From the IMG/VR virus record IMGVR_UViG_2718218305_000006: DNA of 64,000 nt; one strand, 5' to 3'. Both the position numbers and the translations under genes were made by a program. Position 1 is the first letter of the stretch; each line of letters starts with the position of its first letter. The notes beneath the pieces are model-generated. The model saw only the letters and a program-made list of their open reading frames with translations, was not told where the DNA came from and did not search any database. Of this stretch, positions 39,561 through 48,547 are shown piece by piece. This DNA is from a virus (taxonomy: Duplodnaviria; Heunggongvirae; Uroviricota; Caudoviricetes).

Positions 39561-40118
39561 ATGAGCACTATTACCAGAGAACGCGCGGAGATTAAATCAT
39601 ACATCACAGGCTTCCTGAGCGACTCGGCGCACGATAACAAGTCTTCAGACAGCCTGCTGGCTAATGTGTTTCGTATCGCGCTGGCATCACTGGAAGCAGA
39701 GCCGATAGCAATGGTAGTGCCTGATGAAATGGATTTGCTTACCTGCCATCTCGACGGTGTAACTAAAACATATGCTGATGGCTGGAACGCCTGCCGCGTC
39801 GCCATGCTTCAGGCCGGAAACTTTCGGGAAAATAAGAATTCGTCAACCAACAATTTTCGGGAAATCTCGGAAACGTCAACCAGATCTCCGATAACTCTGG
39901 ATGGCTGGATAAGCTGTACTGAGCGAATGCCTGAAAAGAGCCAGAACGTGCTTATTTCGATGAATATCGATAGCGAGGCTGGGCCATTAATATATTCCGC
40001 ACGCTATCTCGGAGGCACGTTCCGGCGCGGAGGTATAGCAGTTAGTCCGGGTAATGATCTTAGGCAAGCAACCCACTGGATGTCGCTACCAGAACCGCCG
40101 CAGGAGGTGAATCAATGA
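39561..40118 (+). CDS. DUF551-like prophage protein
   Basis: C-terminal ..DGWISCTERMPE..THWMSLPEPP pattern typical of DUF551 as recalled. Confidence 0.5.
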   Translation: MSTITRERAEIKSYITGFLSDSAHDNKSSDSLLANVFRIALASLEAEPIAMVVPDEMDLLTCHLDGVTKTYADGWNACRVAMLQAGNFRENKNSSTNNFREISETSTRSPITLDGWISCTERMPEKSQNVLISMNIDSEAGPLIYSARYLGGTFRRGGIAVSPGNDLRQATHWMSLPEPPQEVNQ

Positions 40119-40408
40119 CCTGGCCTGAAGCATTCACAACGGTAGGAATTGCGATGGCGGTGGCGCTGGTGGTGTATTCGATTTGCCGCTGGGGATAAAA
40201 ACGGTTTGCGGGAAAAGGATAGTTAAGTAGAATTGCTGCGGGTGCTTGAGGCTATCTGCCTCGGGCATGAACACCAACGGCAGATAGAGAAAAGCCCCAG
40301 TTAACATTACGCGTCCTGCAAGACGCTTAACATTAATCTGAGGCTCAATCCATGCTGAACACATGTAGGTTAGCCTCTTACGTGCCGAAAGGCAAGGAGA
40401 AGCAGGCT

Positions 40409-40564
40409 ATGAAGCAGCAAAAGGCGATGTTAATCGCCCTGATCGTCATCTGTTTAACCGTCATAGTGACGGCACTGGTAACGAGGAAAGACCTCTGCGA
40501 GGTGCGAATCCGAACCGGTCAGACGGAGGTCGCTGTCTTCGTAGACTACGAATCTGAGAAGTAA
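40409..40564 (+). CDS. hok: Hok/Gef-family type I toxin (overlapping mok-like frame from 40352)
   Basis: MKQQKAMLIALIVICLTVIVTALVTRKDLCEVRIRTGQTEVAVFVDYESEK parallels Hok (..LTRKSLCEIRYRDG..EVAAFMAYE..). Confidence 0.7.
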   Translation: MKQQKAMLIALIVICLTVIVTALVTRKDLCEVRIRTGQTEVAVFVDYESEK

Positions 40565-40683
40565 GAGACCAGGCGGGGGAGTAATCTCCCGCCACCTCTG
40601 ATGTGTCAGGCATCCTCAACGCACCCGCGCTTTACCATACTGAAAATGCTGTTTGAATGTTCATCTCTGAAAGAGGACTATGA

Positions 40684-41028
40684 ATGAAAAAGGTATTGAT
40701 TGCAGCACTTATTTCCGGTGTGTCTTTTGGCGCTTTTGCACAGCAGGGTGGTTTCCAGGGGCCAGAAGCAGAGCGTTCAACAGTAGCGCAGGCAAAAGAA
40801 CTGAAGGATGATGCATGGGTTATCCTTGAAGGGAGCATCGTTAAAAAAGTGGGTGATGAACGTTATGAGTTTCGTGACAATAGCGGGACAATTGTCACGG
40901 ATATTGATGACAGCGTATGGGCCGGGCAGAATGTTTCTCCGAAAGACAAAGTAAGAATTGAGGGTGAAATTGATAAAGACCTGAGCAGTGTTGAAGTTGA
41001 TGTAAAGGCACTGAAATTATTAAAGTAA
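40684..41028 (+). CDS. YgiW/YdeI (BOF) family periplasmic OB-fold protein
   Basis: Signal peptide MKKVLIAALISGVSFGAFA then ..ILEGSIVKKVGDERYEFRDNSGTI.. Confidence 0.7.
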   Translation: MKKVLIAALISGVSFGAFAQQGGFQGPEAERSTVAQAKELKDDAWVILEGSIVKKVGDERYEFRDNSGTIVTDIDDSVWAGQNVSPKDKVRIEGEIDKDLSSVEVDVKALKLLK

Positions 41029-41149
41029 CCGCCCCTGCTTGTTAAGCCCGTCTTACTGACGGGTTTTCTGTTTGTACATTCCGGCGTATTGCCTTACAAT
41101 TCGCGCAGTCAGCCTGAACAACTGACACCTGCTGTCACCGGAGAATCCG

Positions 41150-41422
41150 ATGACACAACACATAAAATCCCACAATTCTGAAGCCGACCCGGAAATTAAG
41201 CAGGGGAGGCGTTTTCGTGCGCCTCAGTATGGCTGGTTTCACTATCTGTTCTGTACGATCGATGAGGCAGATATGCTTCAAGAGGCGTATCTGCGTCGCG
41301 GTGTCCGTGTGGAGCGGAGTCTGAACGCTGATCGTCTGACCTGGACCGTTTCTGTATATCTTCCTGTTCGTGCACATCTGCCACGGACACATGCCTGCTA
41401 CCGTCAGCGCGTCTGGAGGTAA
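41150..41422 (+). CDS. hypothetical protein (90 aa) upstream of DUF968 gene
   Basis: Same slot and similar pattern as 215..493. Confidence 0.35.
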   Translation: MTQHIKSHNSEADPEIKQGRRFRAPQYGWFHYLFCTIDEADMLQEAYLRRGVRVERSLNADRLTWTVSVYLPVRAHLPRTHACYRQRVWR

Positions 41423-42473
41423 TGTGCGGGTATTACTTCGACCTGTTCTGGTTCCGGAACTCGGGCTGGTGGTCCTTAAGCCCGGTCGTGAATCATTGCC
41501 AGTTTTTCATCGCGGCAGGGTGCTGGTGGAGCCGGAACCGAAAAACATGCGGGCGCTGCCATCTGGAGCGGTTCCTGCTGTTCGCCAGCCGCTGGCGGAA
41601 GATAAATCACTGCTGCCATTTTTCAGCGATGAGCGGGTGATTCGTGCAGCTGGCGGCGCTGGTGCACTGTCTGACTGGTTATTACGTCACGTGAAATCCT
41701 GCCAGTGGCCACACGGCGATTATCATCACAGCGAAACCGTTATTCACAGTTACGGTGCTGGCGCAATGGTGTTGTGCTGGCACTGCGACAACCAGCTGCG
41801 CGACCAGACCTCCGAATCACTTGAGCAACTTACTCAACAAAATCTGACAGCCTGGATGATTGACGTCATACGCCATGTAATGAATGGCACGCAGGAGCGG
41901 GAATTATCGCTGGCTGAATTATCCTGGTGGGCAGTCTGCAATCAGGTGGTGGACGCATTACCTGAGGCAGTATCGCGTCGCTCTCTGGGATTACCGGCGG
42001 AAAAAATCCGCTCCGTATACCGTGAAAGCGACATCATACCGGGAGAACAGACCGCCACCAGCATACTGAAGCAGCGCACAAAAAATATTGCGCTACCGCC
42101 TCACACCCACCAGCAACAGAACCCACCACAGGAAAAGACGGTGGTCAGCATTGCCGTTGATCCGGAGTCTCCGGAATCCTTCATGAAACGACCTAAACGT
42201 CGCCGCTGGGTAAATGAGAAATACACACGCTGGGTAAAGACACAGCCGTGTGCGTGTTGTGGTAAGCCAGCGGACGATCCTCATCATCTGATTGGTCATG
42301 GTCAGGGCGGAATGGGAACAAAATCCCACGATATTTTCACGCTACCGCTGTGTCGGGAGCATCACAACGAGCTTCATGCGGATCCGCTGGCGTTCGAAGA
42401 AAAGCATGGTTCCCAGGTTGATTTAATTTTTCGTTTTCTTGATCACGCCTTTGCAACCGGCGTGCTCGGGTAA
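41370..42473 (+). CDS. DUF968-family prophage protein (YdfU-like)
   Basis: 367 aa; long stretches identical to 495..1559. Confidence 0.65.
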   Translation: MHICHGHMPATVSASGGNVRVLLRPVLVPELGLVVLKPGRESLPVFHRGRVLVEPEPKNMRALPSGAVPAVRQPLAEDKSLLPFFSDERVIRAAGGAGALSDWLLRHVKSCQWPHGDYHHSETVIHSYGAGAMVLCWHCDNQLRDQTSESLEQLTQQNLTAWMIDVIRHVMNGTQERELSLAELSWWAVCNQVVDALPEAVSRRSLGLPAEKIRSVYRESDIIPGEQTATSILKQRTKNIALPPHTHQQQNPPQEKTVVSIAVDPESPESFMKRPKRRRWVNEKYTRWVKTQPCACCGKPADDPHHLIGHGQGGMGTKSHDIFTLPLCREHHNELHADPLAFEEKHGSQVDLIFRFLDHAFATGVLG

Positions 42474-42485
42474 AAGAGGTTACTG

Positions 42486-42791
42486 ATGCGTATAGAGTTT
42501 GTTTTGCCTTACCCGCCGACGGTGAACACCTACTGGCGACGTCGTGGCAGCACATATTTTGTATCAAAAGCCGGTGAGCGTTATCGCCGGGATGTGGCAC
42601 TTATTGTTCGCCAGCAGCGGCTGAAATTAAACCTGTCCGGAAGGCTGGCGATAAAGATTATTGCAGAGCCACCGGATAAGCGCCGTCGTGACCTGGACAA
42701 TATCCTGAAAGCACCACTGGATGCGCTGACGCATGCCGGACTTCTCATAGACGACGAGCAGTTTGATGAAATCAATATTGTGCGCGGCTAG
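42486..42791 (+). CDS. rusA: RusA resolvase, truncated by premature TAG
   Basis: Identical to the copy-1 N-terminus up to ..EINIVRG then TAG where copy 1 has CAG; downstream frame still encodes ..LVSGGRLGVKIYKIESE. Confidence 0.75.
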   Translation: MRIEFVLPYPPTVNTYWRRRGSTYFVSKAGERYRRDVALIVRQQRLKLNLSGRLAIKIIAEPPDKRRRDLDNILKAPLDALTHAGLLIDDEQFDEINIVRG

Positions 42792-42841
42792 CTCGTTTCT
42801 GGTGGGCGGCTGGGCGTGAAGATTTACAAAATTGAAAGTGA

Positions 42842-43408
42842 GTGAGCATAAATATGATATACCCGGAAATTACAGGCAAAAGCGGTGAGCATTTACGCCT
42901 GAAAACGCTGGAAAGTGTCTGGATCCAGGGGAAACTGCGTATGTGGGGGCGTTGGTCGTATATTGGCGACGGTAAGACGGGAAATATGTTCAACCAATTA
43001 CTGACCTCTAAAAAGCTGACAAAAACGGCAATTAACGAGGCGCTCCGGAGGATGAAAAAAGCGGGTCTGGACAAACCTGAACTTGAGGCTTTTTTGCGGG
43101 ATATGATCAACGGCAATCAAAAAAGCTGGCTGGCACATTGTACCGATTCAGAGGCGTTAATAATCGATAGGGTTATTGGTGAAGTACTGGCAGGTTATCC
43201 CGGGCTGCTCAATGTTCTGAGTCAGCGTTATGTGGGGCGGGGGATGACTAAGCGCAAAATGGCTGAATTGCTGAATGATGCACATCCGGAATGGAGTTTA
43301 AGAACCTGTGAAAGACGCATTGAGCATTGGCTAAAGGTGGCAGAATTTATTTTGTACAAACCAATGGTTATGGCTTTTGGTATAGAGAAAAAAGTTATTG
43401 CTTTTTGA
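42842..43408 (+). CDS. late-gene antiterminator Q-like protein
   Basis: 188 aa; N-terminal two-thirds near-identical to 1922..2488, C-terminus diverged; followed by conserved element and terminator. Confidence 0.75.
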   Translation: MSINMIYPEITGKSGEHLRLKTLESVWIQGKLRMWGRWSYIGDGKTGNMFNQLLTSKKLTKTAINEALRRMKKAGLDKPELEAFLRDMINGNQKSWLAHCTDSEALIIDRVIGEVLAGYPGLLNVLSQRYVGRGMTKRKMAELLNDAHPEWSLRTCERRIEHWLKVAEFILYKPMVMAFGIEKKVIAF

Positions 43409-43487
43409 CGTAAAAACTGCTTCAATTCCGGTAAGCTTCGCAAAGCTGTACCGCGAGGCGAATAGCAGACATGGACATTTGAAAGAG

Positions 43488-43509
43488 CCCGCTTTTTGCG
43501 GGTTTTTTT
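43488..43509 (+). terminator. rho-independent terminator (tR'-like)
   Basis: CCCGC-TTTTT-GCGGG followed by a T7 run about 80 nt after Q. Confidence 0.5.
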
Positions 43510-43632
43510 ATGACTGAAAAACGGCACGGGGCGTTAAACGCGCTGGTGGTTGCTAATACCGGTCTTTCAACTTGCTGGCTTTTTCGACAAGAGTTATTGG
43601 TATGTCACGTTAACCGGAAAAGGGAAAAAGAC

Positions 43633-43830
43633 ATGCTAAAACAGCAGGATATGACAGAAACCGCCAGAGTGGTGTTTAATGAATTAAGCGTTACCGAACC
43701 GGCGACAGTCGGGGAGATTGCGCAGAATACTTACCTTTCACGCGAACGCTGCCAGTTAATACTGACCCAGCTGGTTATGGCGGGTCTGGCAGACTATCAG
43801 TGCGGTTGTTACAGACGCATTCAGTCCTGA
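43633..43830 (+). CDS. small hypothetical protein (65 aa), possible winged-helix
   Basis: Internal ATG with purine-rich RBS; ..TVGEIAQNTYLSRERCQLILTQLVMAG.. Confidence 0.35.
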   Translation: MLKQQDMTETARVVFNELSVTEPATVGEIAQNTYLSRERCQLILTQLVMAGLADYQCGCYRRIQS

Positions 43831-43965
43831 AGGCTTTTTATTTGTGGTAAATGGGCGGCTGGTGGGGGGGGCGGCACCTGTCAGTCCTTTGCTTATGTGT
43901 TGATGATAATTTACCTTTTGGGGCTATAATTGAGCTAACCAATTGCTAATGAAAGTAAAATTATA

Positions 43966-44679
43966 ATGGCTGTTGTCTGTTCAGTTATCATGGTTTGCTC
44001 CCCAATTAATATTTTTCTTGAAAAGGATACGTTGTCACTTAAGCCAGGCTCAGTCGTTCTGGCCACCAAATGCATCAGGGAGCTTTTCCTTATGCATTAT
44101 GGCAAAGTTAAAATTGTCGATATAAGCGAATCCGTCGTAAGTCAATATCTGGAAAGTCAGCATAAGCTGACGAGGACTCGTCTGACTGACATTCCGCTTT
44201 ACCTGTTGCTGGAACCCAACAATCCTGCGTTGGCTGCGGCTTTAATTACCAGCCAGGGATTTTCCGGAGAGGTCACGGATATGTTTCTTATGATGGCCTG
44301 CCTGTCTCTGTTTGAAACAGATGAACGGATGTCATTGTTTTTAAGTGGATGTTTATCCAGCATAAGTGCCAAAGTCAGGGCGATAATTCAGACAGATATA
44401 TCAGCAAGCTGGACGCTTGGTGCGATTGCTCTACAGTTGCATATGAGTGAGAGTTTGTTAAAGACAAAACTGAAAAATGAAGGGGGCATGTTCAGTCGCT
44501 TGTTGCTGGAAGAGCGGATGCGTGTTGCTGTAAATATGTTATGTTCCCGGTATGGATATGGACAGGCTGTAGCAGAAAAATGTGGTTATTCAAGCCGGTC
44601 CTACTTTATTTCTGTATTTCACCGCTATTATGGCTTCCCGCCAGACAGATATGTATCCAGGCAAGGGCTTGATTATTGA
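43966..44679 (+). CDS. AraC-family transcriptional regulator
   Basis: C-terminal AraC HTH (..SWTLGAIALQLHMSESLLKTKLK..RSYFISVFHRYYGFPP); located between Q and the tRNA genes. Confidence 0.7.
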   Translation: MAVVCSVIMVCSPINIFLEKDTLSLKPGSVVLATKCIRELFLMHYGKVKIVDISESVVSQYLESQHKLTRTRLTDIPLYLLLEPNNPALAAALITSQGFSGEVTDMFLMMACLSLFETDERMSLFLSGCLSSISAKVRAIIQTDISASWTLGAIALQLHMSESLLKTKLKNEGGMFSRLLLEERMRVAVNMLCSRYGYGQAVAEKCGYSSRSYFISVFHRYYGFPPDRYVSRQGLDY

Positions 44680-44707
44680 TTTTCATCTGATTATTATTTT
44701 TTGGCTC

Positions 44708-44783
44708 GGCCCTTTAGCTCAGTGGTGAGAGCGAGCGACTCATAATCGCCAGGTCGCTGGTTCAAATCCAGCAAGGGCCACCA
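44708..44783 (+). tRNA. tRNA with CAT anticodon (ileZ-like tRNA-Ile2 or tRNA-Met)
   Basis: Cloverleaf: acceptor GGCCCTT/AAGGGCC, anticodon loop CTCATAA, T-loop GGTTCAAATCC, 3' CCA encoded. Confidence 0.8.
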
Positions 44784-44790
44784 TCACAAA

Positions 44791-44870
44791 CCGCCATTAG
44801 CTTATCAGGAAGAGCAGACGACACCATAACAGGGTTGTTGGTGCGGGGCCGGGTCCCCGATGGCGGTCCA
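44791..44870 (+). other. degenerate tRNA-like element between the two tRNAs
   Basis: Perfect 7-bp acceptor pairing CCGCCAT/ATGGCGG, D-stem and CGGGG/CCCCG T-stem, but 6-nt T-loop and no standard 7-nt anticodon loop. Confidence 0.25.
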
Positions 44871-44883
44871 TTATCGGTATTCT

Positions 44884-44960
44884 GCGTTGTTAGCTCAGCC
44901 GGACAGAGCAATTGCCTTCTAAGCAATCGGTCAGTGGTTCGACTCCACTACAACGCGCCA
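44884..44960 (+). tRNA. tRNA-Arg (anticodon TCT, argO-like)
   Basis: Acceptor GCGTTGT/ACAACGC, anticodon loop CTTCTAA, T-loop GGTTCGACTCC, CCA encoded. Confidence 0.85.
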
Positions 44961-44973
44961 CACTTATTTTCCA

Positions 44974-44997
44974 GGCTCGCTTCGGCGGGCCTTTTTT
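44974..44997 (+). terminator. rho-independent terminator after tRNA-Arg
   Basis: GGCTCGC-TTCG-GCGGGCC followed by TTTTTT. Confidence 0.55.
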
Positions 44998-45129
44998 GTA
45001 TCTGCGCCACGCCCGGCGCATACCAACCACAGAGCCTTTCGGGGGTGAGCTTACGGAGTGGTCAGTGTGACTTTCTCTGTGGGCAGATCGCTCCCGGGCG
45101 TTGGCTCACCCACCCAAAGGAACGTCACG

Positions 45130-45561
45130 ATGTTTGGAATCTTCAAAAAGAAAACCCGCAGAGCGGCAACGGAAATTAAAAAGTTTGAAAAACGCGATCT
45201 GGCACAGGTGGTGATTAACGCCGCATACCTGGTGGCCTGTGCAGATGGTGAATGTGAGGCATCCGAGAAAGCGAAGATCGAACAGGTACTGCGTAATCAG
45301 CCTGCGCTGTCCGCGTTTACGTCAGAAATTAATGCGATTAGCGCAACCATTATCGGTCAGCTGGATACGAACTTTAAAACTGGTCGTCGTGCGGCGTTAC
45401 GTGAGATTGAGGATGTGAAACACGATACGCGTGAAGCGGAAGATGTGCTGGATGTGGCGGTGGCCATTGCGGAGGCAGACGGCGAAATTGAGCCGGAAGA
45501 GCGCAAGGTGCTGGAAGAGATTGCCGGTGTTCTGGGTCTTCGTCTGGAGAATCACCTGTGA
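45130..45561 (+). CDS. TerB-like domain protein
   Basis: 143 aa from an internal ATG; paired ..ACADGECEASEKAKIEQVL.. and ..IAEADGEIEPEERKVLEEIAGVLGL.. motifs typical of TerB-like proteins. Confidence 0.5.
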   Translation: MFGIFKKKTRRAATEIKKFEKRDLAQVVINAAYLVACADGECEASEKAKIEQVLRNQPALSAFTSEINAISATIIGQLDTNFKTGRRAALREIEDVKHDTREAEDVLDVAVAIAEADGEIEPEERKVLEEIAGVLGLRLENHL

Positions 45562-45725
45562 CGGTAAAACTGCGCCTGGCTGTGGCTGCACTCCTGCTGT
45601 TTCTGGTGGTGATGGTGGATTTCACCAGCAGAATCATGTCGGTGCTGGCGGATGGGGTGCTGGTCTGCGGCATTGTGGTATTGCTGTGGCCGGTGATAAA
45701 AAGAAACAGCCTGCATAATGCTTGA
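45558..45725 (+). CDS. small membrane protein (55 aa), GTG start overlapping TerB-like stop
   Basis: VTVKLRLAVAALLLFLVVMVDF..VLVCGIVVLLWPV, two hydrophobic helices; below the ORF-track cutoff. Confidence 0.3.
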   Translation: MTVKLRLAVAALLLFLVVMVDFTSRIMSVLADGVLVCGIVVLLWPVIKRNSLHNA

Positions 45726-45759
45726 TTTTTTTGTTTGCTGTTTATTAAAAACACTTCTG

Positions 45760-45865
45760 CATGGTGAATCCCCCTGTGCGGAGGGGCGATCAGCAACCAG
45801 GTATATGGGATAATCGCGGATTCAGGTGCTGATACTGAATTCACCGGGAGGCACCCGGCACCATG
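45760..45865 (+). other. conserved 106-nt structured element upstream of nanS-p (copy 2)
   Basis: Same termini CATGGTG..CACCATG and core as 3660..3765, with a cluster of substitutions in the middle. Confidence 0.3.
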
Positions 45866-46038
45866 CTTTGCCACAAAAGTGTTGTTTCTGTTTTTCTCAA
45901 ACTATCATCGTTATCCCTTTATTTCCGGCTGCGCATGGCGCGGCTTTTTTTTACGACCAGCCACTGGCAGATGGTCATCCTGTGATTTGATTCCGGTTCC
46001 GGCTTTTTAACTCTGTTCCTGTACACGGGAGAAATTCG

Positions 46039-47889
46039 ATGTCGATTAAACATTATGATGTTGTCAGGGCGGCGTCGCCGTCAGACCTTGCGGAAAAGCT
46101 GACACACAAACTGAAAGAGGGCTGGCAGCCGTTTGGTAGTCCGGTGGCCATAACCCCTTATACCCTGATGCAGGCGATTACAGCAGAAGGTGATGTGGTG
46201 GTCAGTGGTGCAACTGAGCCGGATTGGTACTACGTCATCGTACTGGCCGGGCAGTCCAATGCCATGGCTTACGGTGAAGGGCTTCCGCTGCCGGATTCAT
46301 ACGATGCTCCGGATCCGCGCATTAAACAGCTGGCGCGCCGCAGTACAGTGACGCCGGGTGGGGCTGCCTGCAGATATAACGATATTATTCCGGCCGACCA
46401 CTGCCTGCATGATGTGCAGGATATGAGTACGCTGAATCATCCGAAGGCAGACCTGAGCAAAGGGCAGTACGGCTGTGTCGGCCAGGGGTTACATATTGCC
46501 AAAAAACTGCTCCCGTATATCCCGAATAACGCGGGGATCCTGCTGGTACCATGCTGTCGTGGTGGTTCGGCATTTACCCAGGGCGCGGAGGGGATATTCA
46601 GCGAGTCCACGGGGGCCAGCCAGGATTCGGCGCGCTGGGGTGTGGGTAAACCGTTATATCAGGACCTGATTGCGCGCACCAAAGCTGCATTACAGAAGAA
46701 CCCGAAAAATGTGTTGCTGGCGGTGTGCTGGATGCAGGGAGAGTTTGACATGAGCGCCGCCACCCACGCACAGCAACCTGCGCTGTTTACAGCCATGCTG
46801 ACACAGTTTCGTGCTGACCTCTCCGTGTTTAACGCGCAGTGCCATGGTGGCAGTGCTGCAGATGTGCCGTGGATTTGTGGTGACACGACGTATTACTGGA
46901 AAAATACATACGCTACCCAGTACGACACCGTGTACGGCGGGTATAAAAACAGGGAGAGTGAGGGCGTTTATTTTGTGCCCTTCATGACAGACGGTAACGG
47001 CGTCAATACCGCCACTAACGCGCCGGCAGAAGATCCGGATATTCCGGCATCAGGATATTACGGTGCGGCATCGAGAACGAATGGAAACCAGGTATCATCA
47101 AACCGCCCGACACATTTCAGTTCATGGGCGCGCAGGAGCATTATTCCGGATCGTCTGGCAACCGCTATTCTGAACGCAGCCGGGCGCACCTCAGCCTTCA
47201 TCAGTGGTAAGGCACCGGAAATCAAACCCTCGCCCGGCGGCAACACGCCATCGGGTCCGTCTGCAGATACGTCCGTTCGCACAATCTCCCTGCTGCCGGC
47301 AGCCGGAGAGGCTGCTGCGCAGGGCTGGAGCATTAAGGATGGCGGAATTCAGTTGTCAGATGGTGTATTTAAGATCACCAGGCAGAGCAATAAAACCTGG
47401 TCCCTGACGCATCCGGTGGATGACGCAATTACCCTGCTGACACAGGGCGGCAGACTGACCTGTAAGTTCCGCCTGTCAGGCGCACTGACCAACAATCAGT
47501 TCGGGCTGGGGATTTATCTGTATACGGACGCTCCCGTTCCTGATGGTGTGGCGATGACGGGTACCGGTAATCCGTTCCTGATGTCGTACTTCACTCAGAC
47601 CACTGACGGCAGAGTGAATCTGATGCATCACAGGAAAGCCGGAAACACGAAGCTGGGGGAGTTCGGCGATTACGGTAACGACTGGCAGACGCTGGAGCTG
47701 GTGTTCACCGCCGGCAGTGCCACGGTTACTCCGAAACTGAATGGAGTGGCTGGCCCGGCATTCCAGGTTATAAAAGACAGTCTGACACTGGGACTGAATG
47801 CGCTGACGCTGACGGATGTTACAAAAAATGCAGCGTATGGCGTTGAGATAGAAAGTCTGATGCTGGAGATAAATGCACCGGCAGCATAA
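46039..47889 (+). CDS. nanS-p: prophage sialate O-acetylesterase NanS-p paralogue
   Basis: 616 aa; MSIKHYDVVRAASPSDLA.. and VIVLAGQSNAMAYGEG; catalytic domain highly similar to 4033..5979, C-terminal domain diverged. Confidence 0.8.
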   Translation: MSIKHYDVVRAASPSDLAEKLTHKLKEGWQPFGSPVAITPYTLMQAITAEGDVVVSGATEPDWYYVIVLAGQSNAMAYGEGLPLPDSYDAPDPRIKQLARRSTVTPGGAACRYNDIIPADHCLHDVQDMSTLNHPKADLSKGQYGCVGQGLHIAKKLLPYIPNNAGILLVPCCRGGSAFTQGAEGIFSESTGASQDSARWGVGKPLYQDLIARTKAALQKNPKNVLLAVCWMQGEFDMSAATHAQQPALFTAMLTQFRADLSVFNAQCHGGSAADVPWICGDTTYYWKNTYATQYDTVYGGYKNRESEGVYFVPFMTDGNGVNTATNAPAEDPDIPASGYYGAASRTNGNQVSSNRPTHFSSWARRSIIPDRLATAILNAAGRTSAFISGKAPEIKPSPGGNTPSGPSADTSVRTISLLPAAGEAAAQGWSIKDGGIQLSDGVFKITRQSNKTWSLTHPVDDAITLLTQGGRLTCKFRLSGALTNNQFGLGIYLYTDAPVPDGVAMTGTGNPFLMSYFTQTTDGRVNLMHHRKAGNTKLGEFGDYGNDWQTLELVFTAGSATVTPKLNGVAGPAFQVIKDSLTLGLNALTLTDVTKNAAYGVEIESLMLEINAPAA

Positions 47890-48336
47890 TAAAAAAAGCC
47901 AGCGACTGACCTGAAAAAGAAGACGCTGGCTAAAAGGCCTTATATGTTTGTAGAGACTTATTTTTCACAGACAGCAATGATGCCTGTCAATATATTATCA
48001 ATATGCGGATTGTTTCAGTTACAGATGCTTTATTAAGGAAAAAAACAGCCAGCACTGACTTTCGGTGGAGAGGTGCTGGCTCAAAAGGATAGATGTACTT
48101 CACATGTTGCTTCTATATGGCAGTACATTTTCTGACAGACAGTGACGGATGTTGTCAAGATATTGTGTCATTTATAACCTGAATCGGGGGAGGCCGGAAT
48201 GTTATCTGGCATTTTTAGCAGAGCCTGAATGCCATAATCACGGCTCCCGGCGTTGGCCGTCAGTGGGTGACACTGGCGGCTTTTTTGTTTTCCTTTACTT
48301 TCATTTTCTGTCGGCGGTGACGGAGACATACATCAG

Positions 48337-48543
48337 ATGGAAAAAATCACAACGGGTGTGTCATACACCACGTCAGCGGTGGGGACGGGATACTGGTTAC
48401 TGCAGCTGCTGGACAAAGTCTCTCCGTCCCAGTGGGTGGCGATAGGCGTGCTGGGGAGTCTGCTGTTTGGGCTGCTGACATATCTGACGAACCTGTATTT
48501 CAAGATTAAAGAAGACCGGCGTAAGGCGGCGCGGGGAGAGTAA
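48337..48543 (+). CDS. S: class II holin (S-like), single start
   Basis: 68 aa MEKITTG..; the upstream in-frame Met codon seen in copy 1 is ATA here. Confidence 0.85.
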   Translation: MEKITTGVSYTTSAVGTGYWLLQLLDKVSPSQWVAIGVLGSLLFGLLTYLTNLYFKIKEDRRKAARGE

Positions 48544-48547
48544 AGTG

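Noticed and set aside
44960-46039. Looked for stxA/stxB in the same slot of prophage 2
   Set aside because: The interval encodes a TerB-like protein and a small membrane ORF instead.
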